Source: a virus (lineage: Duplodnaviria > Caudoviricetes). Taken from it: DNA of 46,181 nt. Positions 33,760-41,164 of the stretch are shown here, piece after piece (position 1 is the first letter of the stretch; the number at the start of each line of letters is the position of its first letter). Below the pieces are notes generated by a model. It was not told the DNA's origin. It saw only the letters and a program-made list of their open reading frames with translations, and ran no database searches. A program made the position numbers and the translations under genes. The stretch lies in the IMG/VR virus record IMGVR_UViG_3300028906_000006, positions 1 to 46,181 of that record. The stretch is one strand, 5' to 3'.

Positions 33760-34230
33760 AACCGCCTCTCCGTCTTACTCCCGCTGTTGACTTGGCTTTT
33801 GTGCGTGCGGGGTATGCACGCACCCCCAAGTTACAGCGAAATGTTTAGTCTCAGAGTAGCCGAGGTTCCAGCCGCTTGGCGCAGATTTGACGCTCTCTCG
33901 GGCCGACGCTCCGAACGCCCCACAAGAGAATGCTTGAAGCGGGCCTGCGTGCCCACTCTCTGCAACGAATCTTGCAGACACCCCAAGCGAATAGACGGGA
34001 CGGGTCTCGCGGTCAGGAGTTGCCCGGACTTTTTTGTGTGCTTGGGATGGCGATGTGCTGCACCCTTCATTCGCGCCGAAGCGCCAACAGTGAAGGCCGT
34101 AGAGTTGGAAAGCGTTAGCAATTATTGGCTGAGCACTTTCTAAGAAATTCTGCGAGTCGGTGAGCGGAAAGTTGTGCCCAGCCATGAGAACCGCTAAACG
34201 CTCGGCCCGACTCGCGTGAATTCCTCTTTT
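33760..34230 (-). ncRNA. Candidate large structured RNA / cis-element
   Basis: At least nine complementary segments with G-U pairs favouring the minus strand; C-UUCG-G tetraloop; pseudoknot-type pairing (see findings). Confidence 0.6.
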
Positions 34231-34239
34231 CATTTCATA

Positions 34240-34446
34240 TCACAGCTTTCCGTCGAGTGCAATAGCTGCGTTTGCCGTCATCACGGCCTCGCGCAGAAGG
34301 CGGATTGCTGCTGTCTGGTCCGCGCTCACTGGCGTGTTATCAACTATACACTGGCCCATTTCCTTTGCTTTGGCGCGGATTGCTTCGTACTTCGGAAGAT
34401 GCTCCGGCCCCGGTGCGTGATAGGTAAATATGTTGTTTATGTCCAT
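34240..34446 (-). CDS. Acb2/Tad1-like helical-hairpin protein (putative immune-signal sponge)
   Basis: FTYHAP...KYEAIR..AKE...I...TP.SADQTAAIRLLREAVMTANAAIA family signature. Confidence 0.7.
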   Translation of the reverse strand: MDINNIFTYHAPGPEHLPKYEAIRAKAKEMGQCIVDNTPVSADQTAAIRLLREAVMTANAAIALDGKL

Positions 34447-34516
34447 TCCTCTTTTCCTTTCCAGTTCTTTGACCATTTCATTCAGGCCAAACTTGGTGAT
34501 GCCAGGTGTTAGGAAT

Positions 34517-35200
34517 CTATTTGTCAGGCGCTGCATCGCTTCCCCTGTCAAGAGGTTTCTGCTCTAGCAATCGCTCTGCATAGGCGGCCACGCAATTCGC
34601 TAGTTCTGGAGGTATGGTGGCCGATAGTGCCGGTGCTTTGCTGGAACCCCCAGCACGTGCAGAAAAATCTTTCTGTTGCTTTCTGCGAATCTCGCGCACC
34701 GCCTCTTTGTTGCCGGCATCGAGCATTTTCTGGACGGTATTGCCTGGTGTAATCCGCGTCCCTTTGATGATTCCTTGCGGCAATAATGGGGGAGCCCCAA
34801 CTCCCCACAAATAGAACGGTCCACAGTGGTTCCGGGCCCTTCCAACGAATTTCTGCGCAGCCCTGACGTTTTCTATTACATAGGGCACGCCAGAATCCTC
34901 AAGAATAGCGCGAGTGTGGTTGAACAGTTGGATGCCCCATTCTGGGTAAGGCGGGTTGGGATGGAAATGCTTCATGCCGTGGACAGAGAATTGCTCACAC
35001 GGCGGGCTGGCAACGATAAAATCCGGTTGGAAGCGCAGAAGATCGTTTCCGTTCAGGTCCAGGATGTCAGCGCAGTAGAATTTCGCATTCGCGGCCGGCA
35101 AGTCCGAAGATACCAAGTCTATGCCCCAACACTCCCACCCTCGCGCAGCAAACGCCCTCGACCAGCCCCAGCGCCCGCAAAACAAATCCAGCAATCTCAC
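34517..35200 (-). CDS. Short DNA cytosine-5 methyltransferase-like protein
   Basis: LLDLFCG.WGWS (motif I), ASPPCEQFS (motif IV), VIENV (motif VI), IPPELA C-terminus. Confidence 0.78.
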   Translation of the reverse strand: MRLLDLFCGRWGWSRAFAARGWECWGIDLVSSDLPAANAKFYCADILDLNGNDLLRFQPDFIVASPPCEQFSVHGMKHFHPNPPYPEWGIQLFNHTRAILEDSGVPYVIENVRAAQKFVGRARNHCGPFYLWGVGAPPLLPQGIIKGTRITPGNTVQKMLDAGNKEAVREIRRKQQKDFSARAGGSSKAPALSATIPPELANCVAAYAERLLEQKPLDRGSDAAPDK

Positions 35201-35367
35201 TTCATCTCCTCCAATTTCTTATTTTGTGCCGCGATAAACAATCTTGTGAGAGATTGATTTTGCCAAAGAAGTTCCTCGATGATGGTCTGCTGATATTCGA
35301 TCATCTTTTCATAGTCAGGTTTGTTGCTGTTGAAAATAGCATTCATCCGCTCTTCACGACTGGCCAT
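35197..35367 (-). CDS. Small helical hypothetical protein, 56 aa (not in the ORF track)
   Basis: GGAGGT SD; MASREERMNAIF...KKLEEMK; GTGA coupling to the methyltransferase. Confidence 0.6.
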   Translation of the reverse strand: MASREERMNAIFNSNKPDYEKMIEYQQTIIEELLWQNQSLTRLFIAAQNKKLEEMK

Positions 35368-35405
35368 TCATACCTCCAAAGTCATCTCCCAATCTATCCG
35401 CCGCG

Positions 35406-35861
35406 CTAGCTGCGATGCTGCCCGCTGCTCGGTTTGTGAGCAGGCTTTGCCTTGGGCTTCGCGGCCAGCGGTCGAGCCCCTTGGCTGAAAATGTCCAGCA
35501 AGCGAGCCAGCCTGTCAGAAGAACGAGAGCATTGCTCGCGCAAGACGGCAACTTCAGTTCCAAGCCTGCGCACTTCTTCCGTCAGCAAGCCCAGCGTGCT
35601 CTGGCGAAGAACGTCGAGCGTTTGCTGCACGTTGTAAACTTTCCTGTCCAGCTCGTCGAGTTTGGCCTTGATGTCGCGCAAACTGCTCATTTCCTGCTGT
35701 GGCTGGTTGCCCATCATGTCGGCCTGTTTCTTCTGCCTTTTGTGCGCGGCGTCGTCCCACCATTCCCAATCGCCTGATTCGTGCCACTGGGCATGGCCGG
35801 ACTCATGCTTGCACCTAAGCGTTGACCCGTCAGCAAGAAGCGTCGATTCGCATTGGCTCAT
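35406..35861 (-). CDS. Hypothetical protein: N-terminal C/H metal site plus coiled coil
   Basis: MSQCES...C...GH...H; heptad-rich C-terminal half; ATGA coupling. Confidence 0.6.
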   Translation of the reverse strand: MSQCESTLLADGSTLRCKHESGHAQWHESGDWEWWDDAAHKRQKKQADMMGNQPQQEMSSLRDIKAKLDELDRKVYNVQQTLDVLRQSTLGLLTEEVRRLGTEVAVLREQCSRSSDRLARLLDIFSQGARPLAAKPKAKPAHKPSSGQHRS

Positions 35862-36202
35862 GGCCGCACCTTCCCTTCCGCAATGACTTTCTTGATGGCG
35901 TTTATCGCGTCGATGCACTGGGCGCTCGTTATGTCCCGGTACTTTTTGTTGTGCTTGATGTGCGCGTAGATTTGCTCTGCCGGAACGTCGATGGGCAGAT
36001 TGGTGTTCCAATCCGTCTCTTTGGCGAACCCGCAGCCAATTGTCCCAAACTTAGGGAAAGCCACGATTGCCTGTCCATGCTTCAACAGGACGCGATACAT
36101 CCAGTAGTCTTCGTTGAGCGGAGGAGTCACCAGCAGCAGCCCGGTTTCAACTGGAAAGGAATCTTTTGCTTTTACAAAAGCAGCATTAACTTCTACGTTC
36201 AT
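35858..36202 (-). CDS. Hypothetical protein
   Basis: 114 aa with globular composition; GAGG SD; coupled at both ends. Confidence 0.7.
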   Translation of the reverse strand: MNVEVNAAFVKAKDSFPVETGLLLVTPPLNEDYWMYRVLLKHGQAIVAFPKFGTIGCGFAKETDWNTNLPIDVPAEQIYAHIKHNKKYRDITSAQCIDAINAIKKVIAEGKVRP

Positions 36203-36363
36203 GGCTTGCCTCGCTTTACTGGCTTCCCTCCCGGCATCCGCACCGTCGCCTTGCCCCAGCAGCCTACGCCGATCGGCCGGAAATTGTCACAATGCCGCCG
36301 GCGCAGCTCCCGCAGCAAGGCTCTAACCGCGGACCGGGCTATCTGGTTCTCTTTGCTGGTCAT
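36199..36363 (-). CDS. Small basic hypothetical protein, 54 aa (not in the ORF track)
   Basis: Fills the gap exactly, with ATGA overlaps at both ends. Confidence 0.5.
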   Translation of the reverse strand: MTSKENQIARSAVRALLRELRRRHCDNFRPIGVGCWGKATVRMPGGKPVKRGKP

Positions 36364-36704
36364 CTTTGGCTCCATTGGACTTGGACGTGCCGCTTACGAT
36401 GAAATGCAGCGCAAACCCATCTTCCGTTGTGTTTACAATCACATCGACGAGACGTTCCTGCATGGATGTGGTCCCATTCTCCCATCGCGCCCACGTAGTG
36501 CGGGACGGAGCATCGCTCGCAGACTCCCTTAGCCCTTTCCATAATCTCGCTATGTCTCTTGGTTTTATCCGCTCCAGCCAAAATCTCATGGAGGGAACCG
36601 TCAGGAAGTCGCCCAATAAAGCTGCGCCTCTTCTTATCGGTGAGGATACCAATAGCGTACGCTGCTTCTGTCTCTGTACGGTCATACTTGAATCCCCTAG
36701 GCAT
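36360..36704 (-). CDS. HNH endonuclease-like protein
   Basis: ERAKGVCERC...EWDHIH...NGRWVCAAFHRKRH. Confidence 0.7.
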   Translation of the reverse strand: MPRGFKYDRTETEAAYAIGILTDKKRRSFIGRLPDGSLHEILAGADKTKRHSEIMERAKGVCERCSVPHYVGAMGEWDHIHAGTSRRCDCKHNGRWVCAAFHRKRHVQVQWSQR

Positions 36705-37077
36705 TAGATTGCCGTTTGCTGCCAGACTTGTGGCGATTTCCTGCACGATCGTTTCCGGCTGGTGGGGTAGCCCTGCCACTTTGCCACGCCTCCAGATATT
36801 CGCGCGCCTGGCCGCGCTCAACCTCCCTGACAGTGAAGCGAATCACCCGGACGCCTTGCACCATGACTCCATAGTTTTGCTTCTCGTAGTCCTCACCCCA
36901 GCTGGCATGCGTTCCGCGATACATCCCGTCAATCTCGATCGCCACGCGCCATTCCGGCAGAAAGAAATCCCATGACCACAATCTAGTCGGGCACACTCTG
37001 ACCTGTTCCTCGAACTGAATCCCCATCTCCGTTAAGTGCTTTTCCATCAATATCTGGCCTACGTTTGGCCGCTTCAC
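36697..37077 (-). CDS. DUF559/Vsr-like PD-(D/E)XK endonuclease (possible resolvase)
   Basis: WDFFLPEWRVAIEIDG...H...DYEKQN...GVRVIRFT. Confidence 0.8.
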   Translation of the reverse strand: MKRPNVGQILMEKHLTEMGIQFEEQVRVCPTRLWSWDFFLPEWRVAIEIDGMYRGTHASWGEDYEKQNYGVMVQGVRVIRFTVREVERGQAREYLEAWQSGRATPPAGNDRAGNRHKSGSKRQSNA

Positions 37078-37256
37078 GGCGCCCCCGTAGCCGACCAGAT
37101 GAGCAAGCCCAAGAGCGTGCCAGCAAAGGCTACCCAGGCCATGACGATGCAAAGATCTGAGCCGGTCAATTCTTTCTTGGCCAGCCGGGCATGTTCGAAC
37201 TTGTCCTGCTCCTCGAGATATTCGTCAATGTCCCTTCTTTCAAATCTTGGTTTCAT
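37074..37256 (-). CDS. Small membrane protein
   Basis: 60 aa with one C-terminal hydrophobic helix; GGGGGA SD. Confidence 0.6.
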   Translation of the reverse strand: MKPRFERRDIDEYLEEQDKFEHARLAKKELTGSDLCIVMAWVAFAGTLLGLLIWSATGAP

Positions 37257-37585
37257 GCATCCCCCAAACTCGGCTTTTCTGCATCGTCCGCCGCCAACCG
37301 CTTGATGCTGTCATCGCTCAGCCCGGCCAAGAGTCTCAACATGAGACTGAAGGCTATCTGCGGGTTCCCGGTCAGCTCCTTGTAGCGCGCAAACTGGGCT
37401 GCAAACTCAGAGTACGTTGCCGGGGTGTCCAGCTGGACCACCAGCCGGGTCCGCCCTTCCGTGTTCTTGACGCGCTTTTTGGCCTCGAGCTTCGGGCAAA
37501 CAAGCTTACAGGGATCGGTAGGCGCAACCTTGCCCTCCGTCAACAGCCACTTCAGCCGCGCCATCTCTTGTTCCACGCTAGGCAT
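37253..37585 (-). CDS. Hypothetical protein
   Basis: MPSVEQEMARL..., TGATG-coupled to the ERF gene. Confidence 0.6.
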   Translation of the reverse strand: MPSVEQEMARLKWLLTEGKVAPTDPCKLVCPKLEAKKRVKNTEGRTRLVVQLDTPATYSEFAAQFARYKELTGNPQIAFSLMLRLLAGLSDDSIKRLAADDAEKPSLGDA

Positions 37586-38400
37586 CAGCCATTGCTCTGC
37601 AACTGCTTGGTCGGCACGCCGCAACCCTCTAGCTCCACCAGCAAGGCCTCCATCCCAGCCTTCCCGGTCGGCACCCACATGCCGTTGTTTTCATCGCCCT
37701 TCAAGTATTTCTTGAGGATTTGGCGAAGCCCCTCGGCCGCTACTTCGTTCAGCCCGGCACCAAACTCTTTCAGGTTGAGAAATACCGCCCGATGCCCGCT
37801 GAACTTGTCAGGAGAGCACCAGAATAGCGTTGTTTGCGTTTTAGCGGGCTTCTCAGCGGCTTTCTCGCGCATCTTGGCTACTTTGGCCTCGCCTACCGCT
37901 TTGGCGTTCTCCGTGGCTGTGGCCTTGTCTACGCTAGTATCCGCCTCCGGGTCCGATTCGTCTGGAATCAGGAAGGCATGGCGAAGCCCATACTTCAAGG
38001 CTCCGGTCATGGCCTTGTAGACGGCCTTGTCGCCCTTGTCAGTTCCAGTCCCATAGCTGTGGAGCACGATCGGCGGGCAAATGGAGTCGCCATCATGGAA
38101 GCTGAACTCCATCTTTACATCCACGGCTTGCATGTGCCCTTCCTTGGCCGGAATCTCGTAGTTGCGAATCTCGATCACGTCGGCAACCATGTAGATATTC
38201 CGGGCTGACAGGGCTTTACGCACCAGCCACGCCACGTCCGCAGCCTTCACGAACTTGTAATTCTGGAACGTATTCGTTCCGCGCTTGTCCACGTTGTCGA
38301 TCTCGTCAACAATCTCCGCCAGCTTCTCGATCAGGTTCTTTGGCGTTACCACTTCGGCAACAGGCACCGCGCCATTGGCCTTGCTCACTTGTTCAGTCAT
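37585..38400 (-). CDS. ERF-family single-strand annealing protein
   Basis: VDKRGTNTFQNYKFV...G.GTDKGDKAVYKAMTGALKY.L...FLIP...DPE. Confidence 0.9.
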   Translation of the reverse strand: MTEQVSKANGAVPVAEVVTPKNLIEKLAEIVDEIDNVDKRGTNTFQNYKFVKAADVAWLVRKALSARNIYMVADVIEIRNYEIPAKEGHMQAVDVKMEFSFHDGDSICPPIVLHSYGTGTDKGDKAVYKAMTGALKYGLRHAFLIPDESDPEADTSVDKATATENAKAVGEAKVAKMREKAAEKPAKTQTTLFWCSPDKFSGHRAVFLNLKEFGAGLNEVAAEGLRQILKKYLKGDENNGMWVPTGKAGMEALLVELEGCGVPTKQLQSNG

Positions 38401-38612
38401 TTGCCTTCCTCTTTTCTCGCATCCAACATCTGCTCGGCCCGGTCAATTTCCCGCTCCATTTGCAGCTTGGCCTTTTCGTCCTCGCAAAGCATCATCACGC
38501 GGTCGGCAAAGCGGTCGAGCTCATCCCACGTCATCTCTTCGGCTCTAAAGACCCGCTTGCAGGTCTTCGTCATAATGTCAGCCACAGCTTCGCTAAGCTC
38601 TGTAGGCCTCAT
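38397..38612 (-). CDS. Hypothetical protein
   Basis: 71 aa, helical, coupled. Confidence 0.6.
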   Translation of the reverse strand: MRPTELSEAVADIMTKTCKRVFRAEEMTWDELDRFADRVMMLCEDEKAKLQMEREIDRAEQMLDARKEEGK

Positions 38613-38881
38613 AGCCCATGCCTCGTGCGCCGATTGGCGAAGCTTCGCGGCGTCAAGCCCAGCATCAGCAAGCCCCGCTCGCAGCTTTCCTTGATCGCCT
38701 GCCGTTCCGCTAGAATTTCGTCTGCCAGGGCCTTGGCTGCTGCCTGACGGGCTGATTCAGCTGCAAGTAATTCGTTGAAGATGGCGTCGCGCAGTTCGTC
38801 CGGGCAGCCGCACGAATCATCGCACCAAATAACTTGGTCGCACTTCGGGCACACGGTAAAAGCCCTTGGCTCGTCGCTCAT
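38609..38881 (-). CDS. Cys-rich hypothetical protein
   Basis: AAGGA SD; CPKC...C..SCGC. Confidence 0.55.
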   Translation of the reverse strand: MSDEPRAFTVCPKCDQVIWCDDSCGCPDELRDAIFNELLAAESARQAAAKALADEILAERQAIKESCERGLLMLGLTPRSFANRRTRHGL

Positions 38882-39048
38882 GGTTTGATTCCTTTCGTCC
38901 GGTAGAATTCCCACTTGTTGCGCTCGTACCATTTAGGCCAAACCGCATACAGGAAAGCCTTCAAGAAAGCGTCTGCGACATTCCGGTGCGTGGCCTTGCG
39001 CAGAATCCTTGCCAAACAATTCAACTCGCCCATCGTTGGCTGGCTCAT
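38878..39048 (-). CDS. Hypothetical protein
   Basis: MSQPTMGEL..., ATGA overlaps at both ends. Confidence 0.5.
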   Translation of the reverse strand: MSQPTMGELNCLARILRKATHRNVADAFLKAFLYAVWPKWYERNKWEFYRTKGIKP

Positions 39049-39596
39049 AGGTCGTAAGCCGCCCGGCAGTTCGAGCTGCACCAAGTCATGTACTGGCCTC
39101 GCGTGCAGGTGCAATCCTCGGTCACTACCTTGTCGCATTGCTGACAGGGGTGCGTGTGCGGGGCAAATCGTTCTTCCAGCCATTCTTCGATGGTCAGTTG
39201 AATCACGCCTGCCAGAGCCTTCTCTGCTTCGCGATAGTCCGCATCGGCCATCGCATAGTCCATCAGGAAGTTACGCGCCAAGTCACCGCACTTCGGGTCG
39301 TAGGATATTTCACGCTCGGCCTTCCATCCTGCCAATTCTGCGGGATGCGTCTTTGGGTCGATCTTCTGGAAGCAATCGTCGCAAACGATGTCCAGCGGCT
39401 CGGTTGCGGGCACGTCGCCAAAGTTCTCTTTCATCTCGGCAAGGGCTTCTTCGTCGGAGCGGCTCTTTTCAAACGTTCCGCCACACATCGCGCATATGTA
39501 ATCTTGCCCGGTAGCCAACTTGTACGCTTCCATCTCTTCGGCTGTCCAGTCCGACATGTGGCGGGCTTCGAGGGCTTTGATCTGCTCGGGTGTCAT
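39045..39596 (-). CDS. Zinc-finger hypothetical protein
   Basis: CAMCGGTFEK.RSDEEA.AE...FG...VCDDCF and a second Cys cluster; GAGGAGG SD. Confidence 0.65.
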   Translation of the reverse strand: MTPEQIKALEARHMSDWTAEEMEAYKLATGQDYICAMCGGTFEKSRSDEEALAEMKENFGDVPATEPLDIVCDDCFQKIDPKTHPAELAGWKAEREISYDPKCGDLARNFLMDYAMADADYREAEKALAGVIQLTIEEWLEERFAPHTHPCQQCDKVVTEDCTCTRGQYMTWCSSNCRAAYDL

Positions 39597-39787
39597 TCTT
39601 CCTCCTCGCAAGCCTTGTCATAGCAAAACTCGCATAGGCCAGTGATTGCTACCTCTGCCCGGCCAGCTTCGGAATAGCAGTTCTCTAGGGCAGGTTTGCC
39701 GCAATCGACGCACAACCCCTTGGCCTTGTTTTCCATGTTCAGTCCAGCTTCTTTGGCGATCGCAGCCTTCAACTCATCTAGGTTCAT
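39593..39787 (-). CDS. Small zinc-binding protein
   Basis: CVDCGK...E..ITGLCEFCYD; GGAGG SD. Confidence 0.65.
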   Translation of the reverse strand: MNLDELKAAIAKEAGLNMENKAKGLCVDCGKPALENCYSEAGRAEVAITGLCEFCYDKACEEEE

Positions 39788-39969
39788 GCTGCCTCCTTCG
39801 TGGCCTTCCGCAGATTGTCCCCAGCCTCCAGCTGTACGTCGCTGAACTTGCAGCACGCCTCCGAAATGCACTTTGACTGGCGCACCGCATCGAGAACGTC
39901 ATACGAGCAGCCGAATAGCAGGAAACTGGCCTCTGACAGCATCGCGTCAACGGTTTCTTTGGTGCTCAT
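39784..39969 (-). CDS. Hypothetical protein
   Basis: GGAGG SD; MSTKETVDAML...; coupled at both ends. Confidence 0.6.
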   Translation of the reverse strand: MSTKETVDAMLSEASFLLFGCSYDVLDAVRQSKCISEACCKFSDVQLEAGDNLRKATKEAA

Positions 39970-40085
39970 ACTGTCCTCCAGGCTAGACTCTTGCAACGGG
40001 GGCACTGGACCGGCTCCGGCTTTCGCGGCGTCCACTTGGCCCCGCACTTCCCGCATGTCAGTGACTTCGCTGGCTTCGTTCTCAT
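39966..40085 (-). CDS. 39-aa zinc-ribbon protein, first early gene (not in the ORF track)
   Basis: MRTKPAKSLTCGKCGAKWTPRKPEPVQCPRCKSLAWRTV; directly behind a promoter with no SD. Confidence 0.7.
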   Translation of the reverse strand: MRTKPAKSLTCGKCGAKWTPRKPEPVQCPRCKSLAWRTV

Positions 40086-40092
40086 GATTATT

Positions 40093-40122
40093 ATTATTAC
40101 CAGCTTCCCGCAGGCGTGTCAA
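40093..40122 (-). promoter_or_regulatory. Putative early promoter (leaderless)
   Basis: TTGACA-17/18 nt-TAATAA/AATAAT, then ATG 40085 about 7-8 nt later. Confidence 0.65.
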
Positions 40123-40183
40123 GCGGAATCCGCATGGCCGCCGAAGAAAAAGTCGACAATTTGACACACTTTTGGTGTATATC

Positions 40184-40509
40184 TTCTGACACAACATGGT
40201 TTACGGGGCCATCTACGGATATTTCCAAAGAGGAAACGGCAATTCCGTCTATGTGGGGATGGTCTCCGGGCCTTATTCTGCTAAATCTGCCCTGAAAAAC
40301 AGGCACAACAGACATTTGCGCTCAACTGCTGGACTGTTCGATAAATTGCTAAAGGAAAAGGGTATAGAGTTCTTTGAGTTGCGCATCGTCGAGGAGATGA
40401 AAGCTGAAACCCAGTGCAAGCTGAGAGCTATCTTGAAACCGCGAGAGCGAGAACTGATCCGCAGACTGCGCCCATCGCACAACACTAAGCTGTGTATTTT
40501 CTGACACAA
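40184..40509. repeat. Direct repeat TTCTGACACAA flanking the GIY-YIG gene
   Basis: Exact 11-mer at 40184-40194 and 40499-40509; both copies have GTGTAT just upstream. Confidence 0.7.
40196..40504 (+). CDS. Minimal GIY-YIG nuclease, inverted
   Basis: AIYGY...VYVG...R...H...FELRIVEE...RE..LI..LRP..N. Confidence 0.75.
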   Translation: MVYGAIYGYFQRGNGNSVYVGMVSGPYSAKSALKNRHNRHLRSTAGLFDKLLKEKGIEFFELRIVEEMKAETQCKLRAILKPRERELIRRLRPSHNTKLCIF

Positions 40510-40555
40510 GAAACAAGGCAGGAATCCAGCCAGAAAATTGCGCGCGCCGGATTTG

Positions 40556-40592
40556 AATAAAAAACGCCCCCACCGAGGGATGGAGGCGTCTT
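40556..40592 (-). terminator. Rho-independent terminator ending the late operon
   Basis: GACGCCTCCA-loop-TGGGGGCGTT followed by TTTTATT on the minus strand. Confidence 0.75.
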
Positions 40593-40738
40593 GTAGCGTT
40601 CGGGTTGAACAGGATTGCGGTCTGCGGCTAGGGTAGCAAAAGGGAAGGTTAGAGGCAAGCCCGGCTAGGAACCTGCCCCGTCCTTTCTGGCTGGTTGTCC
40701 CCGCACTCCAGCAACAACGTGCGCCCACCAGCCAAAAG

Positions 40739-40936
40739 TCAGAAATGGTCAATCCGCTCTTGGAGCACGCCTTCGTAGCTGACCATGATGTCGAATTGCC
40801 TGCGAAGCCGGGCCAGCTCGTCTTTCGGCACCGACGACGCCAAATTAGGATTGCCAGCCAGAAACGCACCCAACTTCTCGCGCTTTACTGTCAGGTCTTT
40901 AAGTTCCGCCACGACCCGTTCTTGGTGTGCTTGCAT
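40739..40936 (-). CDS. crAss001_48-like / T4 rIIB.1 (Y16Q)-like protein, putative Sequestin-type sponge
   Basis: HQERVVAEL..L..K..KL..FL...E...L..Q...M..Y..VL.ERI..F; AAGGAG SD. Confidence 0.75.
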   Translation of the reverse strand: MQAHQERVVAELKDLTVKREKLGAFLAGNPNLASSVPKDELARLRRQFDIMVSYEGVLQERIDHF

Positions 40937-40948
40937 GTTTCTCCTTTG

Positions 40949-41164
40949 TCAGTCGTCAAAAAGCCAATGCTTCCCGAGGTCCAATAGCCAGTTGATTTTT
41001 GATAGCGTCACGTCTTCCTGGGTAAAGACTCCCCCGGTCGAGGTCTTGCAATCTTCGTGCGTCTCGTACAAGACGATGACTTGCTTCATGTTGTCGGCAT
41101 GTTCCATCGCGCGCATAAGCGTATCGGTTACAGACTTTTGCAGCTCTATGCGCTCTTTGTCCAT
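40949..41164 (-). CDS. Hypothetical protein
   Basis: MDKERIELQKSV...INWLLDLGKHWL; TGATG coupling. Confidence 0.6.
   Translation of the reverse strand: MDKERIELQKSVTDTLMRAMEHADNMKQVIVLYETHEDCKTSTGGVFTQEDVTLSKINWLLDLGKHWLFDD

Noticed and set aside
33760-33860. Group I intron around the LAGLIDADG gene (CUGAGACUAAAC resembles the R/P7 element)
   Set aside because: I found no matching S element (AUAGUC) downstream of the ORF and no interrupted host gene with joinable exons.
33775-34233. 152-aa minus-strand ORF over the structured region
   Set aside because: No SD and no recognisable motif; the dense base-pairing explains the region better. Not fully excluded.
40153-40190. Plus-strand promoter for the GIY-YIG gene (TTGACA at 40161)
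   Set aside because: No acceptable -10 hexamer at 16-18 nt spacing.
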